A stretch of DNA of 62,980 nucleotides, filler included, from Choristocarpus tenellus KU-1152 (Eukaryota > Protista > Phaeophyceae), in NCBI GenBank assembly GCA_964200185.2. It is 14 parts of 14 records of this genome, joined end to end, with 100 filler letters (N's around TTAATTAATTAA, not from the genome) between each part and the next. Parts side by side here need not be neighbours in the genome. Positions count along the whole stretch, not along the records: positions 10,360 to 15,040 come from CAXNAD020013485.1; positions 15,141 to 22,148 come from CAXNAD020006875.1; positions 22,249 to 25,743 come from CAXNAD020019642.1; 11 more parts are not named here. One strand, written 5' to 3'. The translations under genes were made by a program, and so were the position numbers. The notes beneath the pieces are model-generated. The model had not been told where the DNA came from and did no database searches. It saw nothing but the letters and a program-made list of their open reading frames with translations. This document shows positions 11,910 through 24,949 of the stretch, piece by piece (the first letter of the stretch is position 1; every line of letters starts with the position of its first letter).

Positions 11910-14773
11910 TTTCATGTGGTTCTGATTAATGTGAGAACAGGCTGATGCTCAGGGGATAGTCGAGAGCACGATTGCTTTTCTCCTTTTTACAGATGAAGGA
12001 AGCAAGATTTAAAGATTAGACACCTATTTTGAAATATTTACTGAGTAAGAAACGCTTTTACGAACTCCAATGTTTGACTCCCTCATGGGAGCAGGGTTGT
12101 CTTGGGACTAAGTTTTCTTTTGGCTCCTCACGGGTAGGATTGAGTGGAGAGAAATGATTTCTGCCCACCTGGCCTCTCCAATTTCCCAGGAGTCGAAAGT
12201 AGCAACAGGAGAGGCGGGTTAAATTTATCCATTGAATATCTTCAGTGACCCCCAAAGAGATAGATCGTTCCTGAGAGTAACAATACGCGGAGGGATTGTA
12301 TGGGAGGGGATGTCTAGATCAACAACACTATTGAATAGTAAAGCAATTTGACATTTTGTGGGGTATTACTTTTCGGAGCAGTACATTTTAAGCAGATAGG
12401 TGATAGTGCTCAAAACATGTAGTACCTAAGCGGCGAGAACTGCTTCGCTTCTTATACTTGAATACACGTGTATATGAGAGAGTGATATCATTGGAATTAC
12501 TGAAGTACTTCTGATGTTATTGTGGAGAAGAGAGTATGGCAAGAATACGATGTCTGGTAGGATTATCTGATAGAAGGGATATGGGGGAGACACCACTACT
12601 GCACACAAAAAGGACTAATATGAAAACAACAGGAGAGAGACCGTTATTCAAATCGGTAGTACTCTGGTGCTTTGATGACTGTTGGTAATGTGGATGCTTA
12701 TGAGAAGCATGGTTGTACTACATATCAATTGATGGTGCCAATGCGGATAGAGCAGCCGCCTGTGAAGTTAACACCCTCACTTATTATGATAGCCTTCGAG
12801 AGAGAGAATGCATTGACATAAGAGAGATAATGTGTGAGGCCAATAGTGATTTATCAATAGTTAATTTGCTGGCAAATGTATATGCAAAACCCACCTCTTG
12901 ATATTTTTGAGTGATACTCCAGCTTACTAGGGAGTACATCGTGCTATCCTTCCCTTCGGTTGATTTTTGTGCCGCGTTATGCTCGGCGATAGCAACACTA
13001 TTAATGGTGACCACCTGTCATAGCTAAGAATTGCATTGATCTGTGTAGGTCAGATGTGGTATGATGCTTCACTTGACATAGGCTCTTTCAAAGAGTTTTC
13101 TACACCTCCGTGTTGCCTCTATGTAAATACCTGTACCACTTCAAAGTGTTGCGGATCTCTGCATGTGTAAGTTAATCTACGTAACATCTAATCAAATTCA
13201 TCCGAGCTGAAACTTGAAGCCTAAAGGTTTTGCTGTCACATGTTCGTACCACACCTTCAAGCAGCAGCAACATAGGATGATAAAAAAAGGTGGTCGAGCA
13301 CATCATACAAAATTGACCTCTGTTTTCAGCCCCTGCAGTAGAAGCAAATATCTTGGAGAAGGATTAGAACATTTCACTAAGCTCCTTCAAACACATCAAC
13401 CAAAATATATATTTGTCACTTCCTTTTCAATATGAAGAAAAGTAAAGCATTTAATTCAGTTGACAGGACCTTACACCTTCAATCCAAATATACTCCGTCT
13501 GCCCTTCATATTTGTACGGGAATAGACTATCACATGTTCGCTGTAAGTATAAGTCAAGTCGTAGCTTGCTGTACCATGACCTGAACTATGGTTGAATCTT
13601 ACTGCAGTTGACTGAGGTAGCCTGTGCAGACAAGGTGAATTTGGCTAGGAGAGGTCGATTAGGGGGCTGGATGTTGTTTTGTGGAGAGTGATGTGAGGCG
13701 TAATGCAGGATGTCAAGGTTGAGTTGGTTGAACCTGTTCATCATGCAACCAAGTGATGCATGTGGAGAAAGGTTAACAATCTCTGCGCGCTGCACTGCCA
13801 ACAACCAGAGGAATAGGATGACAACAATTGTTTCGACCATTGAGCAACACACACAAATTGGCCCTGTCCATGACCAAGGAAGCGACTGAGTAGAAGCGCG
13901 ATGTATGGCAAATGGCGCCACAGCACAGCGAAGTCATTTTTGTTCTACTACACATTACACAACTCTAGTTGGAAAGGATTCAGGAACACTCTGAGAGCAT
14001 ACCTCCCCAAGCACCAACAGTACACAAATATGGTAACACTCTTTAGATATATATCACTATTATGACGTTTGCACTAGAGCTTCAAGCTCACTTCAATATG
14101 TTAGGCTAGAGAACAAAATGGCTGTTGCAAACCAATTTGTTGGTCAAGACCCGAAAACATCATACACTTCAAGTACATAATGCATAGAGGCAGTTGAGAT
14201 GGACAGGAAGGTGCTTTGGTGCTCTTAATGATATACTGTAGAGAGCATTTTAGGCTTTCTGAAATGCAAACTAAGGCCGGATTTCAAAGTGGTTAATATA
14301 AGTGTCTGAATCAACAATTGCATAGGATCACATAATTTGGACCTTACTTCATGCCGAAGTAAAGCAACAAGCAATTAAAATTAAAACGTGCACCATACTA
14401 CTTGGTCTAGAAAATGCAGGTTTTTTAGTGATTGAAGTGGGGATAGATATGTCCGATAGATGCTATGTCAGATTAGAGCACACCCTGAGTGAGTTGTGCA
14501 CCTTGCGGTGAAGAATTGCAGACAGAAATTGATGAGACGTTGAGAGAGAACCAGGAGAAATAAAATTGGACTCAGCTAAATTTTTCTGCGCACCTACCCT
14601 TCTGATTGATCGCTTGTGCGAGGGGAAAAGGGTAGGGTTGGGGAATAGATTATTTAGTGGGGTGGATTCTTCTGAAATCAAGTGTACAGGATCGATTTTA
14701 TGGTTGTATTGAGAATCAAAACATTCAACAGTTAATTTATCAAAACATTTAATATATCTTACATATTTTATTA

Positions 14774-15040
14774 CAGTAAGTTACCCTATTTTGGGCCAAA
14801 CATTATGAACCAAATTCAGAATATTCAAATTTGTACCGTTTTGTTTCGACATGCCCAAAAAAATAGGCTTTTGTACCGGAATTCTCGTATTCGGGCGATT
14901 TAGCAGAAAATCCCAGAGATATTCACGCGAGAGTGGCGGCGCGCGCAAAAAAATTCTCGCGAAAAGTGCCTTTCTTCCTCAGTCATGCTACCATACAGCA
15001 GTACAGTACGTTGCTGGTAGGGGAATAAGGTGGAAATCAT
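14774..15040 (+). mobile_element. pogo/Tc1-mariner-like DNA transposon left end, copy 1
   Basis: TA + CAGTA terminus. About 265 bp closely similar to 15755-15500 (reverse strand). The contig ends at the position of the transposase ATG. Confidence 0.7.
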
Positions 15041-15140
15041 NNNNNNNNNNNNNNNNNNNNNNNNNNNNNNNNNNNNNNNNNNNNTTAATTAATTAANNNN
15101 NNNNNNNNNNNNNNNNNNNNNNNNNNNNNNNNNNNNNNNN

Positions 15141-15755
15141 TCAAGCACTTCTGACTTCGTGTCCAATGTCACGTTGGACCGCTTTGATCCATGGCCCCTC
15201 CTGGAAGGGGCACTAGAATTCTGCCCACGAATGTCAGCTGCAGCACCAGACGAGCTACCATTCAGCGAGCCGAGTGATAAAGCCGATAACAATGCGCCCT
15301 TGCCATCAGCGCCCGCGACTTGCTGCAGTGCCAAGCACTGCCCCTCACACAAACGTTTGCAGTCATCGTCGAGTTCGGGATCCTTTACACCACATATACT
15401 ATGGAGGTACCCACGGCACTTACGGCATTTGTGGATTGTGTAGAAAGGCGGACCCGGTATATTTGAAGTCATCTTGCAGAGGTTTCCCGCGGCACAAGGC
15501 ATGGCTTCCACTTTATTCCCCTACCGGCAAAGTACTGTACTGCTGTGTGTGGTCATGACTCAGGAAGAAAGGCACTTTTCGCGAGAAATTTTTACGCACG
15601 CGCCAAACTCGCGGGAATATCTCCCCGATTTTGTACCAAGTCGCCCGAATACGAGAATTCTGGTACAAAAGCCTATTTTTTTTAACATGTCGAAAAAAGC
15701 GGTACAAAATGGGGTTTAGTACATAATATTTGGCATAAAATCGGGGTAGGTACTG
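15141..15755 (-). mobile_element. pogo-like transposon left end plus 5' part of transposase ORF (ATG at 15502)
   Basis: CAGTA terminus and repeated TTTGTACC subterminal motifs. The ORF has a C4HC3 finger, a linker, then KRSNVTLDTKSEVL, resembling the CENP-B/HTH_psq start of pogo/Tigger transposases. Truncated by the contig end. Confidence 0.7.
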
Positions 15756-15899
15756 TGGTCAAAATTTAAAGTTGAAGGTTTAGGATACCTCGCAGAAGTT
15801 TCGCCGAAAATTCTACACAACGAGCATTGATGGTTGGAGGGGATAGTGGTCTTGATGGGAATGGAAAGGTATAGCAATTGAAAGATGCAATTTCAAAAA

Positions 15900-17100
15900 T
15901 AGTAGGGGTGAATCCTCCTCTCCATAATAAGCCTTAAGTACCAATTTGTGAAGTAAAATACCTCAAACAAGTCGCTTCTAATGTGTAAGACAAAGAAACA
16001 TCCCTTCCAACTAAAATCTGCTGTTCTTACGTGATTTTGGTCAATATGTTGGCAACCCTGCAACTTGATGTCCTGCACCCATGAAGTTGGCACAGAGTTA
16101 GTTTTTGAGCATTCGTTGAGATGATGTGCGACAAAAACAGGCATCGCATCGCCAAATTGCTCCTGCAACATGGCCACCTCTCAAGACTTAGAGAACACGA
16201 CTAGGTGGGTGGGGGTATCCTGGAATAGAACCAGAAAATCGTGGCGACTGTACAAGCTAGCACGATGCTCAAGGGACATCTTGGAAGCACCTAGTCTGCC
16301 CATATGATTGATCCACCTGAAAGGATAAGAGAGATCCTCATCCATAATTCGTGGGTTTGCCATCCACAGATGAAGAGGTACCGCTGGATGATAAACTTGA
16401 CGAACTCGACTCTCCCTGTTTGTTGGTGGGTGAACCCAAGGTTCGAATGTCTACATTGTCACCAGTCTTGCGTTCATCACCAGTTGCATATTCAGCTTCT
16501 GTGAACACTTCTTGCTACCGACAGTGTAATTAATCCCTTCTAACATCCAGTGTACTTGTGGAGTGGTTGAAATTTTACCTATCACTCTATATCTGAGATC
16601 ACTGACGTCGCCAATACGAATCATGTGATTCTGTGGTGGAGTTTCCACTCAGGCAAGGGTGGCAAAGAGAATCACCAGGCAAGACGGACCTGACAAACCA
16701 AGAGAAACCATAACCGAGAGGACAAGGTTAAGTTTTGGACAAGTGTAAGTGTGCAGAGTTGAGAGGATCTCATGAGAGTTTGGATCATCAGAGTGACAGG
16801 GCGTGATGCCAAAGGGAACCCTTGATTCTTGGTATCTCTGAGTAAAGAGAAGTCCACCATCTGCTGGACTGGTCTCTTGAAGAGATTCCATCGACTCTGT
16901 CTCACAGAAGATCCTCCAGTGGAATCCAGTATTCCTGACAATGAACCTCAAACAGTAGGATGATACATATCATAAGGCAATAATACTATCACAAAACACA
17001 ACCCTGCTCTCCACCCGAAGTAATGTCATGTGTTAAAATAGTCAATCAATAGTTCATTTATGAGCAACTCTAATTTTAGCTATCTAGGGCGCCACTTGCA
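15900..17100 (-). mobile_element. Decayed Ty3/Gypsy-like LTR retrotransposon
   Basis: ...TGCA-AG-TGGCGCCC (LTR end plus PBS-like sequence) at ~17100-17087. Broken RT-like (GGLLF...PNSHEILSTL) and integrase-like (VSD...HQQTGRVE..FIIQRYL) peptides. Confidence 0.4.
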
Positions 17101-17199
17101 CCCTCTCACTCTCTCTCTAGCAACCATATATATATATATAAGGAAAACAATGTAACAAGTTGATGCATGATCTAAGACCTCTAACACCGGTGAGGGCTT

Positions 17200-19262
17200 A
17201 TCCTGCTAGATTGGAAAGTGCACAATGTCTTGTTCCACCTTTCTGGTATGGATCTTACTCCCTTGCACCAGCGTTAAGAAGTGCAATGTAACGAAGTTGG
17301 AACTAACGAATACAGACTATGCACACAAAAGGGACAAAGGGACACACAACACCGCGAGAGGGTACATATCCTCAGGGTGCAATCAATTACACTCAAAGAA
17401 GAAGAGAGGGCTCTAAATCCAAAAGGGATATACACCATTGCTCACGGCAAGAGGGTGCATACACATTCTACAGGTACACAGTTGAAGTCACCAGTAGAGT
17501 AGCATCATGGACAACGCAGAAGTCACTGGAATGAACCTGGAGCACTGAGATGAGATCTTAAGTGAGTTATGTGAGGTTCACAAGAAATTTGATTTTGTAC
17601 TTACTTGTGTGGAAGGAACAAAAAATGTCCACCTTATACTGTAGAGAACCAAGGCCAACGATTGGCAAGTGCGTGATTGCACGCTAATGGGTGTGGGGTC
17701 CTTTCAATGAGAAACTTCATGCCACTAGCACTGTCAACTATGAGGGGCAGCATACACTCTGCTAAGACAATTTTGCCAGACAAAGACATCACATGCAGAG
17801 AGTGTGAGAACTGTCAAGGCTCTTCAAGACAACTATGAGTCTCATAAGTTTGCATGCTTCATGACCAATTGCCCGAGTGACACATGAAACAAGCTGAAGA
17901 CCCTGATGATAATATTTCTCCAGAGCCATCAAATTTGGGTGAGACAACTTCATGAGCTTGAATCAACAGCATGGAATAACTTACATAAAGAAGCAAGGCA
18001 CTCAACAACAGCCATTCTTTACATTACAGGATTTCATATGCTTGTGGACAATTGGTGCTCCGATCGCATCTTTGACCCAGGGTGTTTTCCTGGAGATATT
18101 CAGAGGCACCTCAAGAAGTACATTACACCCACAACCGAATCTGAAGTGCTGTTGGTAACACTATTACTGCTAAAGGTAAGGATTCCTGTCATGCTTGGAA
18201 CGGGATTTTGATGGTGAGTTTGTACCCATCACACTGGACACACTGGTGATCCCTAATTGAGGTGTAGTCTCTATAGGTCATCGCTGGAACAAATGACGGG
18301 AGTGGACGTCTAATTAACTGCCTGGCTTTTTCTTCTTGGTGGAGGAGTCCATTTCCTTTATGCAATTCTGAGGGATTGTACTTTTTTATTTTTATCCCTT
18401 CAGCAGGAGCATCATCACCATACACCTTTGTAGTGCCATCTTGGATGCTAGCTTACGGTACTGCAGACTGGGCCATCTCAATGTTCAAGATATGCACATT
18501 CTGGGTGAAAATGAAGATACAGGGTTACGGTGCAAGAAAGGCGATATACTCCCCTCATATGTGCTGCTTGTCAACCCAAAGTAAATGTAAACTGCATGCA
18601 CAACCAAAATCACATACTTGAACTGGTACACACTGATTTTCTTGGTCGAACAAATATCAGATCCATACATGGCCACTCCTAAGTTGCCATGTTCACAGAT
18701 GTCAACAACACGGTATAAAACCCTTATTTCCTTGAAGAAAAATCATGAAACCTTGGGGGCATTTCAGGTGTTCACAATTGATAAAAGTGTTGCCAATAGT
18801 CTACAACTCAGTTGGCTTTAATGAGACGGTGAATTCACAAAGAAAACTTTCACTGGTATTGCAAGACATTTGGCCTGCAACAAGAGTTCCAGGCACCTTA
18901 CACTTCACAATAGAACGGGCCTGTGAAACATGGGTGGAGTACACTGATGGCAATCACACATTGCTTGGATGCTGTCAGAATCCAATCTACACAAATCTTT
19001 GTGTCGGAGGCATTTGCTACATCTGTCTATCAGGTTAATAGGGTCCCAACATCCAGCCTGGGTAGAGGTACACCATTATGCTGCCTACCACGGTATTCGT
19101 GCCTCACTCAATGTCAATGTGTGTTAGGTAGCAGAGCCTTTGCACACGTGGAACGACGCCAATGCAAACTGAACCCAAAGGCCTGGGAGGGTCATCTGGT
19201 GAGGTACGCATGGTATGGAGAGTTGTACGTACTGTATGTGGCAGCAAGGCTCTAGAACTATT
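17200..19262 (+). mobile_element. Decayed Ty1/Copia element (gag knuckle, protease, GAG-pre-integrase, integrase)
   Basis: In order and frameshifted: MLVDNWCSDRIF (protease DSG-like), CRLGHLN, LELVHTDFLG, EAFATSVYQVNRVPTSSLG, VLGSRAFAHVE...KLNPKAWEGHLV. Confidence 0.85.
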
Positions 19263-21279
19263 ACCTATACATGCAATGTGACTTTTGTAGAATCCCCTCC
19301 TTGCAAGCTTTTCAGGGGTAATTGATCCAAAGTAAACGATTGGTATCAATTTTTGACCGTTTTGCATTTAATGGCACTTTTTCCAATCTTTTGCAATTCA
19401 CCCCCATTTTTCTATCAATGAAATTCTAAGTTTGACTTGAGAGCATTTATTTTTATATTGTTTGAAAATTTTCTGACAGAATTCAGAAAATATCCTACAC
19501 ACTTTGTAAAAAAAGATGAATTTTGCACATATTTGTCAATTTGGACATGAAACTCGAAAGTGAGTAAACAAACCACACTTCGTTGGATAAACTATATCCG
19601 ATTTGTGGTGTACAAATCAATTTCCGACAAATCAATGACCATTCCTTTCATAAATCTGAGTTCGTTAAGTTGGAAAACATCCTCACAAATCAATATTTAG
19701 GAGTTAACTCTTGCACTTGTGGATTTGACATGCATATTCCTGAGAGTGGTGTGGGGCAAATCTTGTGACAACAAGATGAAATGTTGACGAGTCAACACGT
19801 TGATGTGATTTGTACTACTTGTGCTCACAAGGGCGAATATAGTGGAGGATTCAAACCAATGCATTTATACCAGGGAACTGTTTGCACATCTTTTGGAAGT
19901 ATGAGAGTGTTACGTACAAATATTTGTGAACGTTTACTACATGGGTGAATGATATGACAAACATTTATACACATTTTTGTATATGGAGGAGTCATCGAAA
20001 AATATTTGTTCATGTTTTTTACACAAGAGTGGTGGTACCGATATGCAAAATGTGAGCACTGACCATTAATGCACGAAATAAGATATGAGTACATGTTTTC
20101 AACAAATAAAAGTTAAGGGATACCAACATGACACTCTATACACGTCATGTTACCCACAACCCTACTAGGGCTTCCACGGTGTGTTAGTATAGAAGGGAGT
20201 GTGATATTCACTTATACAGAATGAAGTACTGTATGTAATTAGAGTAGTAGTAACCTAAAAATTGTACGTGATTGTTCTTTCCTATTAAATTTATTATATT
20301 ATTATGCCCTCAGACATTTTCCACACGTGTTAGGAAAAAAGCCAAACCAATATCACAAGGAAACCTGAGAAAATAACAGTTAATGTAAAAGATACCTCTC
20401 CAAAGATCATTCACTATTTGAATACTAGGTATACTACAACACTCCCTTAAAGGTGGTCATTTCCTACTAAATTTTAACAGTGAAAGATTTGAACACAATT
20501 GTTCTTTCTACTTTATCACAACATAAGATTGTACACAATTCTTCTTTCCTGCTGAATCACAACTTAAGATTTGTATATAAATTTAGGATAGGTGCAGATC
20601 ACCAGTCCCCATTATCTTCTCCTGACGCATACACGTACAACTAATTTATATATGGAAAAATGGTAGGGGATATCTACAAATTATGCGTACATGGTAACCA
20701 GCAAGGTTATATCGAAAAATCAGGATTTGTACATTATTCCTCAACATTGAGTTTTATTCAAAGTACATGGTTTGTAGATTCCTGGGTAGAATCGAGTTGT
20801 ATACCTCCACCTCTCCTTCAACCTTCTCAAACAAGTGTTTGCACATGTTTTTTTCTTACTGACTTATGAAGCATTATTGAGTTAAATGAGTTAAATTATT
20901 ATTTGTTCAATTTGTAAAACATTGAAAACCATTAAGTCGATGAAAGAGAAGGAGAAGACAATGAGGCAGATTCTTCTTCTAAAGATACTGACTGATGCCC
21001 AACCTCCTGACACTCTGGTCGCTCTATGACCCCGCCTGCAGCAGACAGATGACAGGAAAGGGTTCTAGCTCTTGTAAGGGACTACAACAAAACTTCATCA
21101 CATGCAAATATGGCTATGGTTCTCTGTTTGGAGGTGAACTCGATTCTTACAAACAGGTTACTTGAACCGAAGAATCAGATAAGTGGAGTGCAGCCAAGAA
21201 AGAGGAGATGGACAGACAGTATGGACAACTGCAGAGTCTGGCAACTTGTGTATTATCACTGAACGATCAACACTGTCTT

Positions 21280-21460
21280 TGTACCAATCTGGCTCTATAA
21301 TCTTGCCTCTCTTGATTTGAGGCAATCGGTTCGTTCCCACAACTGCTTGATTCTTTGGTGCTGTGACAAGTTTCCAGAGTCCATGGTTGTTCATGTTGTC
21401 CATCTCCTCTTTCATGGCACTTGCATTTTCACTCTCTCCCCAACTACAAGAGACAGTATT
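21280..21460 (-). mobile_element. Ty1/Copia RT N-terminal fragment
   Basis: AMKEEMDNMNNHGLWKLVTAPKNQAVVGT...YK matches the RVT_2 start. Confidence 0.7.
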
Positions 21461-21741
21461 GTAACAAACTATTTCAAAATGATCTACGACTTCTAACATG
21501 GGCCAGTGCTTACACCAGGAAGAATTGTTGCCCTTTTCCTGATAGACCTGCCTCGAAGTTTCCACCTCAATCTTGGTCTGGTGTTTTTATGATACGGCCA
21601 CAGACAGGATATTACTAGTGTACATTTCGTTGTGGTTTTGACAAGGGATGGGTTTATCGAAAACAGATTTTCAAGTCAAATGTCAATCATCATCATGTAC
21701 CTGTAGTGAGTGATGATGGTAGTAATTGCAATTAATAGGAA

Positions 21742-21817
21742 GTCGTGGTGGCAAAGGGGTTTGAATCTGTGATACACATGCAGGAAATAGTCGCCTTGAC
21801 CACTGAGCCACAAGGCC
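21742..21817 (-). pseudogene. tRNA-derived sequence (pseudo-tRNA or SINE head)
   Basis: A-box TGGCTCAGTGGTCAAGGCG and B-box-like GATTCAAACCC at tRNA-like spacing. The acceptor and anticodon stems do not pair. Confidence 0.5.
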
Positions 21818-22069
21818 AGAGTCTGGGTTGTCAACTAATCCCAAAATTTCCCATTCAGCACCAGATTGGAAACCAGCTCTAACCAGACAAGGGTGACACT
21901 ATGTAGTTACCCCAGAGTGGTACAATTCTACATGCACTATTAGTACTATTAAAAATGGTTAGAAGCATACCACGTATGCATTACTTAGTTGTGAGCCTTT
22001 TTAATTTGGCCATTGTTCTCAAATTATACTCCCTGTCCCATAGGTCTGAGTCGTTAATTTTTTCCATGA

Positions 22070-22148
22070 ATAACTTCTTCAAATAACAGCCGATTTCAAA
22101 AATTGAGGATGGAGCTTTTCATTGAGGATGGGGCTTGACCCAAAATTG
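22070..22148 (+). repeat. Interspersed repeat end (AACAG..GAT..TCAAAATTGAGGA.GG...GAGGATG); other copies at 53215-53300 (+) and 39783-39840 (-)
   Basis: Three similar copies, each abutting a contig break. Probably a transposon terminus. Confidence 0.6.
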
Positions 22149-22399
22149 NNNNNNNNNNNNNNNNNNNNNNNNNNNNNNNNNNNNNNNNNNNNTTAATTAA
22201 TTAANNNNNNNNNNNNNNNNNNNNNNNNNNNNNNNNNNNNNNNNNNNNGAAAAAATCGCCTGCTACTGGGCCCTTCAATAAAGGGGGGGGGGGGGGTTGT
22301 ATGCTTTCAGCACACTCCTCAAAAGTGAGAAGAGGGACATTTTTAAGGAGATTGTCCGTCTGCCCATTTGAAGTGCAAGGCACAACTCGGCAAATGCTG

Positions 22400-22620
22400 C
22401 TTCTTGTTGTCTCCTACCTCATCCTCTTTATACCGAAATGACAGAATAAAGGCACCTACCTAAAAAGCGTCAGCCGGAATTGTCGAAAGATCCCTAGAGG
22501 TGGTTGGTTGTACTTGTAGGCCTCAGCTGCAGCACCAGCAGTGGTACCGTTACTTGATGATAACGCCTACAGGTGACAGACAGTCTGAACTTCAGCAGCT
22601 ACTTGAAGTAGGCTACCCTT
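22400..22620 (-). mobile_element. CRE-like LINE endonuclease 3' fragment
   Basis: SSNGTTAGAAAEAYKYN...VPL...FG resembles the AA..AE..K...Y...PLA.E.FG motif also seen in the 46-47 kb element. Confidence 0.35.
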
Positions 22621-22754
22621 GTCCAGACAGGGTACATTAGCCAACTTACACAGTATCACAGTGTGTAATACCCCCGTTAATATCATGATATATTGGATAT
22701 GCAGGAATCAAAACTGTTCACGACCAATTAAGTACTATAACTACTACTATTGAC

Positions 22755-23680
22755 CATGCTTAATAATGATGATGACGTGGACACTGTGTCACGGACTCAG
22801 GAGAGCTTGACCGAGATGATAGCTGTGATCGAAACGGAGAACGAGGCATTTGGATTCACCATGTCAGAGAAGACAGAGACCATCGACTCTGGGTCCTCCA
22901 TGATCTAGTGCAGGAAAAGCACATAAAGACTGCAGGCTAGATGTGCAGACAGAGTGGAAAACGCTCGGAGGCTCGACCAATGACTATGATAGTATCACCA
23001 TGGAGATTTACCACCAGATCCGACGGGTATGGGGCGAATTCAATGAAGTACAGTAAAAAACACTTGGTGTATCAGTTGATTGAACTAGATATTCTGATTA
23101 TCAAGGACGATATTATGGAGGTTCTCTCTGCTGTGTGCATATATGAGTGAAAGTATCCTAGAGGGTACGAGTTTTGCCCTGTTTGTCCGTTTGGGGCTTG
23201 GCTTCCCACAGGTTTTTTATGACATTTTTCTACTCCAAAATGTTTCGGAGTAGGTAGAATGTATACGTTATGAAACGGTTTGTCCATAATAAGGATATTG
23301 ACGCTTCCGAACAAACACAATAGCCAAAATTACATCAGAATTGTAACATTAGATTTTGGTCCCTAAACGGACACAGCTCTACCCTCTAAGATACTTTGAC
23401 TCGATACACAGGTGGAGGTTGTTGTCTGCTGGTCTTTGCACACATGGATAACGCTTGCTTGCCTGAGAACTTGACGTCAGGGGAGCTTACAACTCAAAAT
23501 CCCAAGGGGAGGATGGGAGGACCACAGAAATATGTGGTGGTCGTGCCTCAAAAATATCTTTTGGTGTTTCAATATCCTAACTGAAAAGTGTGGTTTACTA
23601 GCAGAAAGTCCCAACTGATAGTTCAGGTGTGTGGAGAGGATGGTTCCAAACACTTAGTGGATGACTGGCATACTAGGGAG
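22755..23680 (+). mobile_element. RTE-clade LINE remnant (RT C-terminal half), interrupted by a MITE
   Basis: ML..DD..TVSRTQESLTEMIAVI...EAFGFTMSEKTET (degenerate YADD and the following motif). After the MITE: HMDNACLPENLTSGEL...RMGGPQK, the RTE C-terminal motif. Confidence 0.7.
23145..23402 (+). mobile_element. MITE family A (~258 bp)
   Basis: TIRs GAGTGAAAGTATCCTAGAGGG / CCCTCTAAGATACTTTGACTC. Internal sequence shared with copies at 34603, 36095, 43312 and 46080. Confidence 0.9.
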
Positions 23681-24949
23681 GCCAAAACAGTCACAGTTCA
23701 TCACGTTATAATGAACCCGTCACCAAAACCTCGTGATACTATCTGAGGAATCTGGGATTGATTTGTCCCAGGCAATATATCATGATGCCGGTTTCAAACA
23801 CATGCCATTATGACCTTGAAGCCCTTGATTTTATGTATTTATACTTCTTGACTACTTATTTATTATTTTGTCATTATGGGCCCCCCCATATAGATAGGAC
23901 ATCTTTGACCAGTTCCTTTATGTAAGATGATTGACCCTTATGAAGGGAATACTCAAAGTGAGAGATCCAGCATACTTGTCGACTTTGTGGATCAGGAGTC
24001 CTGTACATCCATCAGCGTCGTCTATGGGCTTGTGGACTGGAGCTATATAACCCGTGGAGGTAAGCTTTCGAGCGCGCTGTAACAGATTTGGTATGGTGTC
24101 TGGTTTGGGTTATCCTTCTTGCTAGCCGAGGTGGAGTCCATGTGTCGCTAGTGGGTGGTGGTATGTGAATATTTTTACCCCTCTTTAATGCGGTCCTTGG
24201 AGCTGATACCCCTTCTTGTTTTTTTTGGGGGGGGACCTGACTGCTGAACCTTTCTCTTTTTCTAACATGTTGATGATTTGTTTTTACACTCCTTCCTCTG
24301 GGGCAAACCAAGCCAAGTATTCCCGAGGGATACTTGCCTGCCCTATGTATTGCGTGGAGGGTAAGGGCAGGCAAGCTCCCCCAAACAATATCTGCAAGTA
24401 AAGTACATTCTGGAAAGAGAACAGATCGCGCAGCTGTTGTGTGATGTAGGGTGTGACAATCACGCTACCCAGACAGTCAATCAGCCAGCCACATCAACCT
24501 CGTTTGGGGGTTCCTATAATCGTGTGTCTAAATCGAGTGTCTAAATAGTACGCCTAAGCGACACAAACGCCAGTCAATCACACCTCAAACCAGGGGTCTA
24601 TGTGCGAAGTGAAAAAAAACTCTGCTTCGCTTTGCAAAGCGGCGGATATGCTTGTCATTGGTATCAGACAACCCTCCCGTCCCTTCTGCCTTTGTCCCGC
24701 CAAGATTTTTAGTTAAATATTATGGGGAGGTTGGTTGGCCCAGAATGTCACATGATTTCTTGTTACCTGGTAGGACCCTGGCCTGTGATGCAGTCATTTA
24801 CCTATTTCGAATTCCCTGTTGGACACTTTGAAGTTCAACTTTACTCACAGATACTACAAACTTACACAAGTACGTTTAGCTCCATCATGGAGCATTGTGC
24901 AGACCGCAGGAACAGGTCCCCCCTAGAATAGCCAAACCCCTTCAACCCC

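Noticed and set aside
12840-13000. AGVSLKNIKRW on the - strand resembling tyrosine recombinase box II
   Set aside because: It needs several frameshifts and no other YR motif is convincing; too weak to call.
14774-15755. Apparent ~265-bp inverted repeat pair suggesting one complete element
   Set aside because: The two arms lie on different contigs separated by an artificial spacer, and both are the same left end leading to the ATG.
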